The position numbers were made by a program, and so were the translations under genes. The notes under the pieces were generated by a model. It ran no database searches. It had not been told where the DNA came from and was given only the letters and a program-made list of their open reading frames with translations. Shown one piece after another: positions 26,826-36,731 of a stretch of 39,014 nt of DNA. Source of the stretch: a virus (Duplodnaviria > Heunggongvirae > Uroviricota > Caudoviricetes); the IMG/VR virus record IMGVR_UViG_2703718823_000011; one strand, written 5' to 3'. Each line of letters opens with the position of its first letter. Position 1 is the first letter of the stretch.

Positions 26826-28170
26826 CACGCCGGGGCGTGGCTCCTTTCGTGGCGTACCGTTCCTGGTTTATCAGGAGCAGCGGGAACGGGGCGGACGTAA
26901 CATTGTGCGCCGTGAATACCCACTGCGTGAAAGCGGCGGTGCGGATGATCTGGGGCCAAAACTCCCGGAGTTCACATTCACGGTTCTGGTGACCGGAGAC
27001 GATCTTCAGACACAGCGAAGCCGCCTGCGTGATGCGCTGCGTGCACCCGGTGCCGGTGAACTGATGCACCCGGATTACGGCACGTTAAACGTGCTGATAA
27101 ACAGCTTTGAAAGCCGTTATAACGCCAGCGAGCAGGGAACGGTTGAGTTCACGATCAACGTGATACCCGCCAGTGACGATACCGCCCCTTCGGTGGTAGA
27201 AGATACGGCAGCTGCGCTGGAGCAGAAAAGCGGTTCAGCAATGAATCAGCTGTTTAACACGCTTTCAGACGGCTGGACGGTGATTTCAGACGGTCTGCAT
27301 GATGTTCAGGCCATGACCGACACCATCAGCGATAAGATTGATGCGCTGGAGAATGCCGTTTCAGGGATGGGGATTGTGCAGGATGTCAGTGCCTTTACGG
27401 CCAGTTTTACCGCCATTAAAGGCAATGCCGCCGCCCTGATTAATGCGCCCCGTCGCATGGCTGAATCGCTGGCCGGAATATTTGCCGTGCTGACCGGGCT
27501 GCCCGGCAATCCTTCCCTGTCACTGACCGGGAAGGCAGGAAGGCCGTCCGGCAGCCTGACCACAAACCGTGACAGCATGACAGAGCAGGCAATGCCGCAG
27601 CTGTACCGCACACTTTCTTCCCTGCGTTACACCCTCAGCGAACAGGATGATCCGCAGCGCCTGATTGGTCTGACGCCTGCGGCACAGAAAAATATCCGTC
27701 TGCTGCGGAGCGTCATGCAGAGTGCAACCCTGGTGTCGCAGGCGCAGACGGTCGGGAAACTGCTGGATCAGGTCATCCGGCAGAATACAACGCACGTTCA
27801 GGATACTGACCGTGCGGGTGGACTGGCCTGGCTGGAAAGTTCTGCCGATGTGCAGCGTATCAACCGGGATTTGAGTGATGCCATGGAACAACAGGTACTG
27901 GATCTGTCCGCACAGGGCCATACCGGCACCGCCCTTGCATTACGTGATGCAGGGCTTGCGCTGACAGAAGATTTAACCACGCGGAGTGTTCATCTTCCCG
28001 GCGCTTTTCAGGTCATGGTGCGAACCACCGAACCGGCACTGGTCACGCTGTACCGTGCCACCGGCAACAGCCGCCGCTGGCAGTATTTTGTCCGCAGAAA
28101 CAACATCCCCGATCCGGTTTTTGTTCCGGGTGGCCGCAGCGTGGAGGTGATCAGTGAGCAGCAGGATTGA
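26812..28170 (+). CDS. Mu N-like tail / DNA circularisation protein
   Basis: 452 aa after the tape measure; overlapping coupled start. Confidence 0.7.
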   Translation: MASTDTPGRGSFRGVPFLVYQEQRERGGRNIVRREYPLRESGGADDLGPKLPEFTFTVLVTGDDLQTQRSRLRDALRAPGAGELMHPDYGTLNVLINSFESRYNASEQGTVEFTINVIPASDDTAPSVVEDTAAALEQKSGSAMNQLFNTLSDGWTVISDGLHDVQAMTDTISDKIDALENAVSGMGIVQDVSAFTASFTAIKGNAAALINAPRRMAESLAGIFAVLTGLPGNPSLSLTGKAGRPSGSLTTNRDSMTEQAMPQLYRTLSSLRYTLSEQDDPQRLIGLTPAAQKNIRLLRSVMQSATLVSQAQTVGKLLDQVIRQNTTHVQDTDRAGGLAWLESSADVQRINRDLSDAMEQQVLDLSAQGHTGTALALRDAGLALTEDLTTRSVHLPGAFQVMVRTTEPALVTLYRATGNSRRWQYFVRRNNIPDPVFVPGGRSVEVISEQQD

Positions 28171-29278
28171 ACTGTATATCGGCGGCAGTATTTTTTCCGG
28201 CTGGCTGACGGTCAGCGTCCGTCGCTCGCTGGAGCATCTGGCCGGGTCGTTTGAACTGGGGCTGATGCTGCCCGGTGAGCGCATCCCCTCAGCCCTGCGG
28301 ACCGGTCAGTCCCTGACGCTCAGAATTAACGGGCAGACGGTCATCAGTGGCTGGCTGGATCAGGTCAGTCAGCGGATCAGTGCAACCCGTCATCAGATCA
28401 GCATCAGCGGCCGGGATAAAACCGGCGATCTGGTGGACTGTGCCGCCATCCACCCCGGCAGTCAGTGGCGCAACCGGACGCTGGCACAGATTGCCGCAGA
28501 TTTATGTGCGCCCTTCGGGATAGCTGTGCGCTGGCAGGTTAACGACGACACGGCTGCACGCCCTTTCAGCTCTTTTACGCTGGAAAACTCAGAAACCGTG
28601 GCGGATGCGCTGACCCGTTCTGCCCGGCATCGCGGGGTGCTGGTGACCAGTAATGCTGACGGCGATCTGGTGTTCACCCAGGCAGGAAGCCAGCAGACGG
28701 ACAGACTGGTGCTGGGAGATAACCTGCTTGATGCCGATTACAACACGGACTGGCGAGGACGATACAGTGAATACCGTGTCCGGGGACACGGGCGCGGTGG
28801 TGGCAAACGGGGAGACAGCGAGTCCGCCGCCCGGCTGGCAGCACCTGTGGGCGTCATCAGTGATGAGCAGATCGGCCGCTACCGGCCGAAAATCATCCTC
28901 GCCGATCAACAGACAGACACCACCGGTGCACGGCAGCGTGCCCTGCGTGAAATGCGCCGTGCGATTGCCCGTTCAGAACGGTTTTCTGCCACCGTGCGTG
29001 GCTGGTTCCGGGATGATGGCCGGTTATGGGATGTCAATCTGCTGACCGGTGTTTCGGCCCAGCGTTTCGGTATAGAACAGACTGAACTGCTGGTCTGTCA
29101 GGTGGAGTTTTTACTGGATGAACAGAACGGGGAAGTCACCCGGCTGGTACTGGCACCGCGTGACGGCTTTATCGTTCCGGCAGAGCCGGACAGTAAGGGC
29201 CGGGGTGGTTCCGGTGACGATGTTGATGCCTTTATTCGCCAGCAGATGAAAAAACAGGGGATCAGCTTTGATGAATGA
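28154..29278 (+). CDS. Mu P-like baseplate hub protein
   Basis: 374 aa (Mu P about 379 aa); GTG start with GGAGGTGA ribosome-binding site. Confidence 0.7.
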   Translation: MSSRIELYIGGSIFSGWLTVSVRRSLEHLAGSFELGLMLPGERIPSALRTGQSLTLRINGQTVISGWLDQVSQRISATRHQISISGRDKTGDLVDCAAIHPGSQWRNRTLAQIAADLCAPFGIAVRWQVNDDTAARPFSSFTLENSETVADALTRSARHRGVLVTSNADGDLVFTQAGSQQTDRLVLGDNLLDADYNTDWRGRYSEYRVRGHGRGGGKRGDSESAARLAAPVGVISDEQIGRYRPKIILADQQTDTTGARQRALREMRRAIARSERFSATVRGWFRDDGRLWDVNLLTGVSAQRFGIEQTELLVCQVEFLLDEQNGEVTRLVLAPRDGFIVPAEPDSKGRGGSGDDVDAFIRQQMKKQGISFDE

Positions 29279-29882
29279 TGAAGTGTTCAGCCGCCTGATT
29301 GCCCCGGTAACGCGCGGTATTCGCCTGCTGTTTGGCCGGGGCGTTCTGACCGGCACACATGACGAACTGAAAATGCAGAATGTGCAGCTCACCGGCATGG
29401 ACGGCGAAACCTTTGATGATGTGGAGCGCCCCCAGCAGTACGGGCAGATCAGCGTTCCCCTGCCGGGTGCAGAAACCTTTTTTGCCTGTCTGGGCGGACA
29501 GCGGGATCAGACTGTGGTGCTTGTGGTGGAAGACCGGCGCAGCCGTCCGACCGGACTCAAAGCCGGAGATACGGGGGTGTATCACCATGAGGGGCACCGG
29601 ATACGGTTAACAAAGGATGGTCGCATTATTGTGACATGCAAAATGCTGGAGATTTACGCCGACGAGGGGATGCGGGTGGATACGCCGGAAGCCACCTTTA
29701 CGGGCAATGTGACGGTGGATAAAAACCTGCATGTCAAAGGCAATGTGTCCATTGACGGCACCGGAAGATCACAGGGGACGTTCACGATGTCCGAAGCGGT
29801 TATTGCCGGGATCACCTATTCAGGTCATGTGCATCACGATAACGGTGAAGGCAGCAAAACGGGAGGACCAGAGAATGGCTGA
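29271..29882 (+). CDS. Baseplate spike/assembly protein (Mu gp45-like)
   Basis: About 203 aa from ATG 29271 (track TTG at 29268); overlaps the P stop. Confidence 0.7.
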   Translation: MNDEVFSRLIAPVTRGIRLLFGRGVLTGTHDELKMQNVQLTGMDGETFDDVERPQQYGQISVPLPGAETFFACLGGQRDQTVVLVVEDRRSRPTGLKAGDTGVYHHEGHRIRLTKDGRIIVTCKMLEIYADEGMRVDTPEATFTGNVTVDKNLHVKGNVSIDGTGRSQGTFTMSEAVIAGITYSGHVHHDNGEGSKTGGPENG

Positions 29883-30312
29883 TATTGCTGTCGTCTGGGA
29901 TCAGGGTTGTGGTTCCCTGCAACTGAACGGCGCAGATCTTCTGACGGATAACAGCCTGCTGACTGCGGTCATTATTTCACTGTTTACGGACAGGCGGGCG
30001 CTGGATTCCGATGAAATCCCTGACGGCACCCGTGACCGTCGGGGATGGTGGGGAGACAGTTTCCGGGAGCGCCCCATTGGCTCCCGTCTCTGGCTGTTAA
30101 GCCGTGAAAAGACGCTGTCCTCCGTGGTCAGCCGTGCACAGGCCTATGCTGATGAAGCGCTGGCGTGGCTGCATAAAAGCGGTGCTGCCACATCCGTGGT
30201 ATGTCATGCCATGCGTGTGGGGCATGATCGCCTTTCGCTTTCCGTGAAAATCACCCTGCCGGACGGAAGCAGACATCCGATGATTTTTTATGCTGATATG
30301 AAGGGGGAATGA
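29875..30312 (+). CDS. Small baseplate protein (Mu gp46-like)
   Basis: About 145 aa from ATG 29875 (MADIAVVWDQG...); the track ORF extends upstream into the preceding gene. Confidence 0.7.
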   Translation: MADIAVVWDQGCGSLQLNGADLLTDNSLLTAVIISLFTDRRALDSDEIPDGTRDRRGWWGDSFRERPIGSRLWLLSREKTLSSVVSRAQAYADEALAWLHKSGAATSVVCHAMRVGHDRLSLSVKITLPDGSRHPMIFYADMKGE

Positions 30313-31394
30313 TGCCTTATCAGCCCTTACCACTGGCGCAACTGATCACACAGACACAACAGGATATCAGCCAGCGCCTGCCCGGTTCGCAGCCGGGAGT
30401 GAATGAAACCACCCTGAATGCCATTGCGTATGCACTGGCGGGTCTGTCAGCACAGGAGCATGAACATCTGGCCTGGATCTCCCGGCAGATAATTCCGACA
30501 GAAGCTGATGAAGCCGAACTCCTGAAACACTGCGCATTCTGGGGTGTCATCCGTAAACCGGCTTCCCGAGCAGACGGACCGGTACAACTGATGCTGACCA
30601 CGGATGCAGGGATCACAGAAGGTGTACTCCTTCAGCGAAGCGATGGTGTTGTGTACCGCATCACCGGCTCTGCGACCGGAAAAGCCGGAACACTGAATGT
30701 TAATGTGGAGGCGGAAAGTGCGGGGCGCGCCGGAAATGCCCCGCCAGGGACAAAACTGACATTTATCACACCGCAGGCGGGGATCAACCAGACGACCACG
30801 GTGACCGGCACGGGACTCACCGGTGGTGCGGATGTGGAAACCGTGCCGGAGCTGCTTTCCCGCCTGGTTTTCCGGGTACAGAATCCGCCGTCCGGTGGCA
30901 CGCAGTACGATTTTGAACGCTGGGCGCGTGAGGTGCCGGGCGTGACGCGGGCATGGTGCCGCCCGGAATGGCCGCAGGCGGGCAGCGTGGGTGTAACGTT
31001 CGTTCAGGACAACAACCCTGACATTTTCCCCGGTGAAGGTGATGTGAAGCGGGTGGCGGATTATATCCGCAGTCATGATGATCCGGCGACGGGCCAGCCC
31101 GTTGGTCAGCCACTTGGGCCGACAATCAGCGTGTTTAAGCTGACCAATAAGCCGGTGGCGTTTGAGATCAGGATTGTACCCAAAACGCCGGAAAATCAGG
31201 CTGCCGTAAAACAGGCATTAACGGACCTGCTTTATAACGAATCGCGGCCGGGTGGACTGGTGCTGCCTTCATCATTCTGGCGGGCTGTTGCAGGGGTGAA
31301 AGGACTGGAAGATTTTGACGTTCGAAGTCCGCTGAAATCCGTGATGGCCGGAGATACAGAGTTGCTGACCGTGGGGGAAATCACATGGCTGTAA
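30309..31394 (+). CDS. Baseplate J-like protein (Mu gp47-like)
   Basis: 361 aa ORF in the baseplate block. Confidence 0.75.
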   Translation: MMPYQPLPLAQLITQTQQDISQRLPGSQPGVNETTLNAIAYALAGLSAQEHEHLAWISRQIIPTEADEAELLKHCAFWGVIRKPASRADGPVQLMLTTDAGITEGVLLQRSDGVVYRITGSATGKAGTLNVNVEAESAGRAGNAPPGTKLTFITPQAGINQTTTVTGTGLTGGADVETVPELLSRLVFRVQNPPSGGTQYDFERWAREVPGVTRAWCRPEWPQAGSVGVTFVQDNNPDIFPGEGDVKRVADYIRSHDDPATGQPVGQPLGPTISVFKLTNKPVAFEIRIVPKTPENQAAVKQALTDLLYNESRPGGLVLPSSFWRAVAGVKGLEDFDVRSPLKSVMAGDTELLTVGEITWL

Positions 31395-31942
31395 CCCTGA
31401 CCCCGCATCAGCGCGCCCTGCTGCAGTTGCTGCCTGACGGTCTGGCATGGGACAAGCGGCCGTCATCCGTTCTTGCGGCTTTGTGCCTGGGTCTCAGTCA
31501 TTCCACGGAGCGTGTTTCCTGGATCGGTAACCAGATGCTGGCAGAACGTTTTCCTGATTCATCCCGTCTGCTGCTGGAAGACTGGGAGCGTTATCTGGGG
31601 TTACCGGAATGTGATATGACCGGCGCAACCATTCAGGAGCGTCAGCGTTATGCCGGGAATAAATACCGGATGAAACCCTCTCTTAACCGTGAATTTTATA
31701 TCCGGTTTGCAACAGAGTTTGGTTATGAAATAGATATCCAGCCATCACCGGAATCACAATGGATTAGTATTGTGACAGTGAAGACGGCGGTGGGATACCG
31801 TCACATGAATGTACTGGACGATATTCTTACGCCACTGCGAATTTATGATGCAAGTGCGCTGGAGTGCATTTTAAACCGTTATAAGCCAGCCTGGCAGACG
31901 TTTTTATATCTGTACGAAAACAGTCATGAGGAGACGGAGTAA
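31385..31942 (+). CDS. Tail protein (Mu gp48-like)
   Basis: 185 aa, overlapping coupled start, immediately upstream of the tail fibre gene. Confidence 0.7.
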   Translation: MAVTLTPHQRALLQLLPDGLAWDKRPSSVLAALCLGLSHSTERVSWIGNQMLAERFPDSSRLLLEDWERYLGLPECDMTGATIQERQRYAGNKYRMKPSLNREFYIRFATEFGYEIDIQPSPESQWISIVTVKTAVGYRHMNVLDDILTPLRIYDASALECILNRYKPAWQTFLYLYENSHEETE

Positions 31943-32838
31943 TGTATTTTGTCGACAACAATTCAGGTGTGACCGATATGCCACCACTGGCCCCCTCTCA
32001 GGGCACGCAGGTTAAATGGTTTACTGAAGGTGACGGACGCAAAGGGATCAGCCATATCGGTCAGGACTGGCTGAACATCGTGCAGGCAGAGCTGCTTGCC
32101 ATTCTGACAGAAGGAAAGGTTCAGCCGGATAAGGCAAAACTGAACCAGCTGGTGACAGCCATTAAGGCAATCATTGCAGCAAACGCATACAGCCGGAAAA
32201 ACAACCTTAAGGAGATTGCGGATGCAGGTGCAGAAGCACAGGCTGCTGCCCGCCGTCATCTGGGGCTGGGAGGATTATCAGGAAAAGACAGTCTGGCTGC
32301 TGCTGATGTGGGAGCACTGGAGAAATCCCGGAATTTTGACGATGTACTGGATAAACCGACGGCTCGTCTGAATCTTGATGTTTACAGTAAGGGAGAAGGC
32401 GATGCGCGTTATCTGCGCAGGGACCAGAATGGCGCGGATATCCCGGACAAAGGAACCTTTATCAATAACCTCGGTTTACGGGAAACGGTAAATAAGGCGG
32501 CGAATGCCCTGCCATCGGACGGCACCGCTGCGGCAGCAAACAGACTCGCCACCCCAGTAAATATTAATGGTGTTCCTTTCGACGGGACGCGGGATATAAA
32601 CATTACGTCAGGAATGCCGGAATCAACGGCCAATCAGCGTTATGTTACAGGGGTAAGACTGGGAGCGCAGGCATTAAGCAGCGGACTGGAATATAATTAC
32701 TCCCTGTCATCAGGAAATGTGATTACCGGTTTTAAGACTGACGGAGACTGGGAAATGCGTGGTGGTGATGACCGTGTTTATTACAGACAGATACAATATT
32801 GTATTAATGGGAATTGGGTATCCGCTGCAAGTATTTAA
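31942..32838 (+). CDS. Tail fibre protein S: constant N-terminal part plus currently expressed variable C-terminus
   Basis: 298 aa; the crossover site lies at about codon 177; C-terminal part homologous to the inverted cassette at 33515-33896. Confidence 0.8.
   Translation: MYFVDNNSGVTDMPPLAPSQGTQVKWFTEGDGRKGISHIGQDWLNIVQAELLAILTEGKVQPDKAKLNQLVTAIKAIIAANAYSRKNNLKEIADAGAEAQAAARRHLGLGGLSGKDSLAAADVGALEKSRNFDDVLDKPTARLNLDVYSKGEGDARYLRRDQNGADIPDKGTFINNLGLRETVNKAANALPSDGTAAAANRLATPVNINGVPFDGTRDINITSGMPESTANQRYVTGVRLGAQALSSGLEYNYSLSSGNVITGFKTDGDWEMRGGDDRVYYRQIQYCINGNWVSAASI
32459..32484. other. Left recombination site of the invertible segment (gix-like)
   Basis: TTATCAATAACC-TC-GGTTTACGGGAA; near-match to the Mu gix site as recalled (TTATCCAAAACC-TC-GGTTTACAGGAA); inverted homology to 33884-33909. 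Confidence 0.7.
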
Positions 32839-32958
32839 TTAACGGCTCATGGCGTACGGCAGGCAGCGCCTGATATATGCGTTATCTCAGACAACCCCTG
32901 TCCGTATATAGCGATAGTATTATTCCTGTTTTTATCATTGATTCACATGGTGATGTTT

Positions 32959-33480
32959 ATGCAACTGATTAATGTTAAACGATATTACCCGGAAAACACC
33001 CTCTATGGTAATGATGTACAGTATTTTCAGAGTGAAGATGGTAAGGATTTCTACGAGTCCCTGCCATTATTCACCAAAAAATATAAACTTTGTATAACAC
33101 CTGACAGCGGCATTATCTGCTCAATATCACAGGACGCTTCGGCGCTGTATCCTGCGGGGTTCTCTGTGGTTGAAGTCGACGAACTCCCTGAAGGTGCTGA
33201 TATTTCGGGTAACTGGAAGTTTGATAATGGCGTGATCTCCCGTATTCCGGTTAACTACGCAAGAAAACTGGAAGCAATGCGCCAGTTATATCTTAATCAG
33301 GCATATGAAAAAATTAATGACTGGAGAACAGAATTACAGCTGGGCACCATCAGTGATGAAGACAGAGCCGCACTTACCCGATGGATGGCATACATCAGTC
33401 AGGTGAAAAAAATGGAACCATCCGCCATTAAAACTGAAGCTGAATTTGATGCCATTAAATGGCCCGAACAGCCTGAATAA
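32959..33480 (+). CDS. Tail fibre assembly protein (Mu U-like)
   Basis: Ends ...KWPEQPE like Mu U as recalled; AT-rich; start uncertain (track TTG 32938; ATGs at 32947, 32953, 32959). Confidence 0.75.
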   Translation: MQLINVKRYYPENTLYGNDVQYFQSEDGKDFYESLPLFTKKYKLCITPDSGIICSISQDASALYPAGFSVVEVDELPEGADISGNWKFDNGVISRIPVNYARKLEAMRQLYLNQAYEKINDWRTELQLGTISDEDRAALTRWMAYISQVKKMEPSAIKTEAEFDAIKWPEQPE

Positions 33481-33514
33481 CTTAAAGGGTGCTTATCGCA
33501 CCCTTTTTCTTTCA

Positions 33515-33896
33515 TCAGACAGATGAAACTGTACGCCATGCATTACTGATATATATCTGCACAGGACGGAAATAAACCCCGCCAATGTTATCGGCAGAGT
33601 TTTTTCCTGTTTCCTGCACGTTAATACCGGAAAGCATACAACCGGAAGGCGCACTGTAATTCCATGACATTTCATTGCCTCCGGGTGAATGATAGCTCTG
33701 TGCTCCAAGCTGAACGTTCTGTACATACCGGCCATCTGCGGTTGACTGCGTCATTCCTGACGTGATGTTGATATCCTGCGTCCCGTCGAAAGGAACACCA
33801 TTAATATTTACTGGGGTGGCGAGTCTGTTTGCTGCCACGGCGGTTCCACCCGATGGCAGGGCATCAGCAGCCTTATTTACCGTTTCCCGTAAACCG
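33515..33896 (-). CDS. Alternative tail fibre C-terminal cassette (S'v), no own start; expressed only after inversion
   Basis: Minus-strand frame open from the right recombination site to the stop at 33515; encodes AANRLATPVNINGVPFDGTQDINITSGM... paralogous to the S C-terminus, then diverges. Confidence 0.7.
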
Positions 33897-33909
33897 AGGT
33901 TTCAGGGAT
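33884..33909. other. Right recombination site of the invertible segment (gix-like)
   Basis: TTCCCGTAAACC-GA-GGTTTCAGGGAT, inverted relative to the left site. Confidence 0.7.
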
Positions 33910-33963
33910 GCCGTATATCTGCTTTAAAAGGCCTTTCCACCTCTTTTTAAGGAAGGTAAATAC

Positions 33964-34524
33964 ATGCTGATTGGCTATATACGCGTATCAACAAATGACC
34001 AGAACACAGGTTTACAAAGAAATGCGCTGGAATGTGCAGGATGTGAGCAGATTTTTGAAGATAAAATGAGCGGAAAAACAACGCAGCGGCCGGGACTGAA
34101 GCGGGCACTGAAGAAACTAAAACCCGGTGACACGCTGATGGTCTGGAAACTGGACAGGCTGGGGCGCAGTATGCGCCACCTTGTTGCGCTGACAGATGAA
34201 TTACAGCAACAGGGGATAAATTTTCGTAGTCTTACTGACAGCATTGATACGTCAACCCCCATGGGGCGCTTCTTTTTTCACATAATGGGTGCGCTGGCAG
34301 AAATGGAGCGTGAATTGATTGTCGAACGGACACGGGCTGGTCTTACAGCTGCCCGTGAAAGGGGACGAACCGGCGGCAGACCCCGTCGTCTCACGCAGGA
34401 ACAATACGAGCAGGTCGGGCGTTTACTGGCCGGGGGGGTCAGCCGAAGACAGGTGGCACTTATTTTTGATATCGGCCTTTCAACCCTTTATCGTTATTAT
34501 CCTGCGAGCGTTTTGGAAAAATAA
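33964..34524 (+). CDS. gin: Serine DNA invertase Gin (Hin/Gin/Cin family)
   Basis: 186 aa; MLIGYIRVSTNDQN... with catalytic serine context, near-colinear with Gin as recalled; C-terminal helix-turn-helix. Confidence 0.95.
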   Translation: MLIGYIRVSTNDQNTGLQRNALECAGCEQIFEDKMSGKTTQRPGLKRALKKLKPGDTLMVWKLDRLGRSMRHLVALTDELQQQGINFRSLTDSIDTSTPMGRFFFHIMGALAEMERELIVERTRAGLTAARERGRTGGRPRRLTQEQYEQVGRLLAGGVSRRQVALIFDIGLSTLYRYYPASVLEK

Positions 34525-34614
34525 GACGCTCCCTTTGTTGGGCCTTTACTGAATTAACGCAAAATGGCGTTTATCGGTCTGTGGATATGATAATTCTGTT
34601 TATTCAGGAACAGG

Positions 34615-36696
34615 ATGAATATTATGACGTCCAAATGGGTTCAACTATCATCAATGCCCGGAAACTTTACCGTTAAAGTTTCCGGTGGTACAGCGGCATT
34701 TCTTGAGGCTCCCTTTCCTCCGGCTGAAACGAAAGGAGGTATGACATTTGCTGACTGTCTCATCAGTTTTAATACACGGGATTGCCTGTGGGTAAGGCCA
34801 GTATCCGGTGATCCGAACGTGGAAATTACCGGAGCGGGTATTGGTGCTGTCATTCCGTTAAGTGCTGATGTTGCCGGTACTACTGAACCGTCAGACTGGA
34901 ACAATGCGGAAACATACACTTCCTCAGCAGGAGATAAAGTTGCAGGTCAAACTCCGTCCTGGTATTACGTGGTTGTTATTGCTGGTCAGTCGAATGCATC
35001 GTCATTTGGTGAAGGTCTTCCTTTGCCTGATACCTATGATCGACCTGATCCACGTATTAAACAGCTGGCTCGCCGTAACACGGTTACACCTGGCGGGGTT
35101 GAATGCGCCTACAACGATATAATTCCGGCAGATCACTGTCTTCATGATGTGCTGGATATGAGTAACCATAATCATCCAAAAGCAGATCTTTCAAAAGGTC
35201 AGTATGGTTGTGTCGGCCAGGGTTTGCATATTGCAAAAAAACTCCTGCCCTTTATCCCGGAAGAGGCTGGTATCCTTCTGGTTCCCTGTGCCAGAGGAGG
35301 CTCTGCATTTACCGATGGTGCTGATGGTGAATTTACTGAAGCTTCCGGAGCAACATCTGCATCATCGCGCTGGGGAGTCAATAAACCTTTGTTCAGCGAT
35401 CTTGTTAACCGAACAAAAGCGGCTCTCAGCAGTAACCCCAGAAATATTCTCCTGTCCGTTGTCTGGATGCAGGGCGAGAATGATCTGAAAACAGGAAAAC
35501 ATGCTGAACATTCCGGTCTGTTTGTGACGATGGTCGAAACATTCAGGCGTGAACTTTCGGCTTTTTCTGCGCAATCTCCAGCCGGAGATATGGCTTCTGT
35601 ACCGTGGATCTGTGGTGATACGACGTATTACTGGAAAAATACATATCCAGAACAATACAAAGCTGTTTATGGCAAATATGCTAATGAAGCAAAGAACATT
35701 CACTTTGTTCCATTTGTTGTGGATGAAAATGGAAAAAATGTACCGACAAATAATCCAGATGAAGACCCGGATATTCCAGGTATTGGCTATTATGGTGCCA
35801 TAAGTCGCGATTCGACTAACTGGACATCAAACGACAGGGCAAGCCATTTCAGTTCATGGGCGCGCCGTGGAATTATTTCAGACCGTCTGGCAACAGCGAT
35901 TCTGACATTGTCAGGACAAAAATCTGCTTTCTTCCGCGGTGTAACGGCAACAGAACATTCTGATACCGGTAAGAGTGAGCCTGAACCCACCGGGGATGTG
36001 AAGGACGTGAGCGATCAGATGAAGATCATCGTTTCGTATACTGCAAACGCCCCGACAGAACCAATGAAAGATCAGGGGTGGAATGCGGCTTCCGGAAAAG
36101 CAACCTTTGTCACGGATGCTGCTGCAACAGGTGGTAACAAAGCGTTAAGGGTGAATAAAGCGCCTAACAGCATGGCCTCATGGAAAATGTATCATCCGAT
36201 CACAGCTGATAATGCCAGGGATTTGTTCGCCAGAGGTGGTGATATTTCCCTCCGTTTCAAAATTCCATCGGATGCGGGCATTGCGGAAAACCGGTATGGT
36301 GTTGGTATTTACTGGGCTGTAAGTAACTGGCCTGACGGTGACGGAAAAAATAACCTCATCGCATCATGTTTCCTGCAAACGGATTCAGCTAACCTGAATG
36401 TGATGTATCACAAAGGGAGCGGAAGTCAACAGATAGGATCGTATGGTGTCTTTGATCATGAATGGCATACGCTCTCGTTACGGTTTGCAGGTGGTAATAG
36501 CATGAGTGTTACCCCAGTTCTGGACGGGAAAGATGGTGAACCATTTGAACTTGTGAAGTGGGTGAATGCCGGGTTCACGGTGGATCAACTGACACTGACC
36601 GATATTACCGGCAATGCAGCCACTTACCCGATGTTGTTTGACACAATTAAAGTGCAGGTTAACGATGCGGTCTCTCCGTCTAATGTGAATAAATGA
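34615..36696 (+). CDS. SASA/SGNH-type carbohydrate O-acetylesterase with lectin-like C-terminal domain (prophage cargo; NanS-p-like candidate)
   Basis: 693 aa; GQSN nucleophile motif (about 34984-34995), ...CARGGSAF..., WMQGENDL block (about 35467-35487); C-terminal ~180 aa resembles a concanavalin/LamG-type jelly roll; own ribosome-binding site; AT-richer than the structural genes. Confidence 0.8.
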   Translation: MNIMTSKWVQLSSMPGNFTVKVSGGTAAFLEAPFPPAETKGGMTFADCLISFNTRDCLWVRPVSGDPNVEITGAGIGAVIPLSADVAGTTEPSDWNNAETYTSSAGDKVAGQTPSWYYVVVIAGQSNASSFGEGLPLPDTYDRPDPRIKQLARRNTVTPGGVECAYNDIIPADHCLHDVLDMSNHNHPKADLSKGQYGCVGQGLHIAKKLLPFIPEEAGILLVPCARGGSAFTDGADGEFTEASGATSASSRWGVNKPLFSDLVNRTKAALSSNPRNILLSVVWMQGENDLKTGKHAEHSGLFVTMVETFRRELSAFSAQSPAGDMASVPWICGDTTYYWKNTYPEQYKAVYGKYANEAKNIHFVPFVVDENGKNVPTNNPDEDPDIPGIGYYGAISRDSTNWTSNDRASHFSSWARRGIISDRLATAILTLSGQKSAFFRGVTATEHSDTGKSEPEPTGDVKDVSDQMKIIVSYTANAPTEPMKDQGWNAASGKATFVTDAAATGGNKALRVNKAPNSMASWKMYHPITADNARDLFARGGDISLRFKIPSDAGIAENRYGVGIYWAVSNWPDGDGKNNLIASCFLQTDSANLNVMYHKGSGSQQIGSYGVFDHEWHTLSLRFAGGNSMSVTPVLDGKDGEPFELVKWVNAGFTVDQLTLTDITGNAATYPMLFDTIKVQVNDAVSPSNVNK

Positions 36697-36731
36697 CGGG
36701 TAATTCATTTTATTTAAAATGGTGAGTGATT

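Larger units (their letters stand above)
32472..33896. other. Invertible tail-fibre segment (G-segment-like, about 1.4 kb)
   Basis: Bounded by inverted gix-like sites; about 150 bp inverted repeats (32466-32612 vs 33751-33901) just inside each site; contains Sv, one assembly gene and an inverted S'v cassette; gin lies adjacent. Confidence 0.75.

Noticed and set aside
26187-27069. Long minus-strand ORFs (213 and 265 aa) inside the tape-measure and N-like genes
   Set aside because: They lie antisense to strongly supported structural genes in GC-rich sequence, have Pro/Arg/Gly/Ala-rich low-complexity translations, and lack ribosome-binding sites; treated as shadow ORFs.
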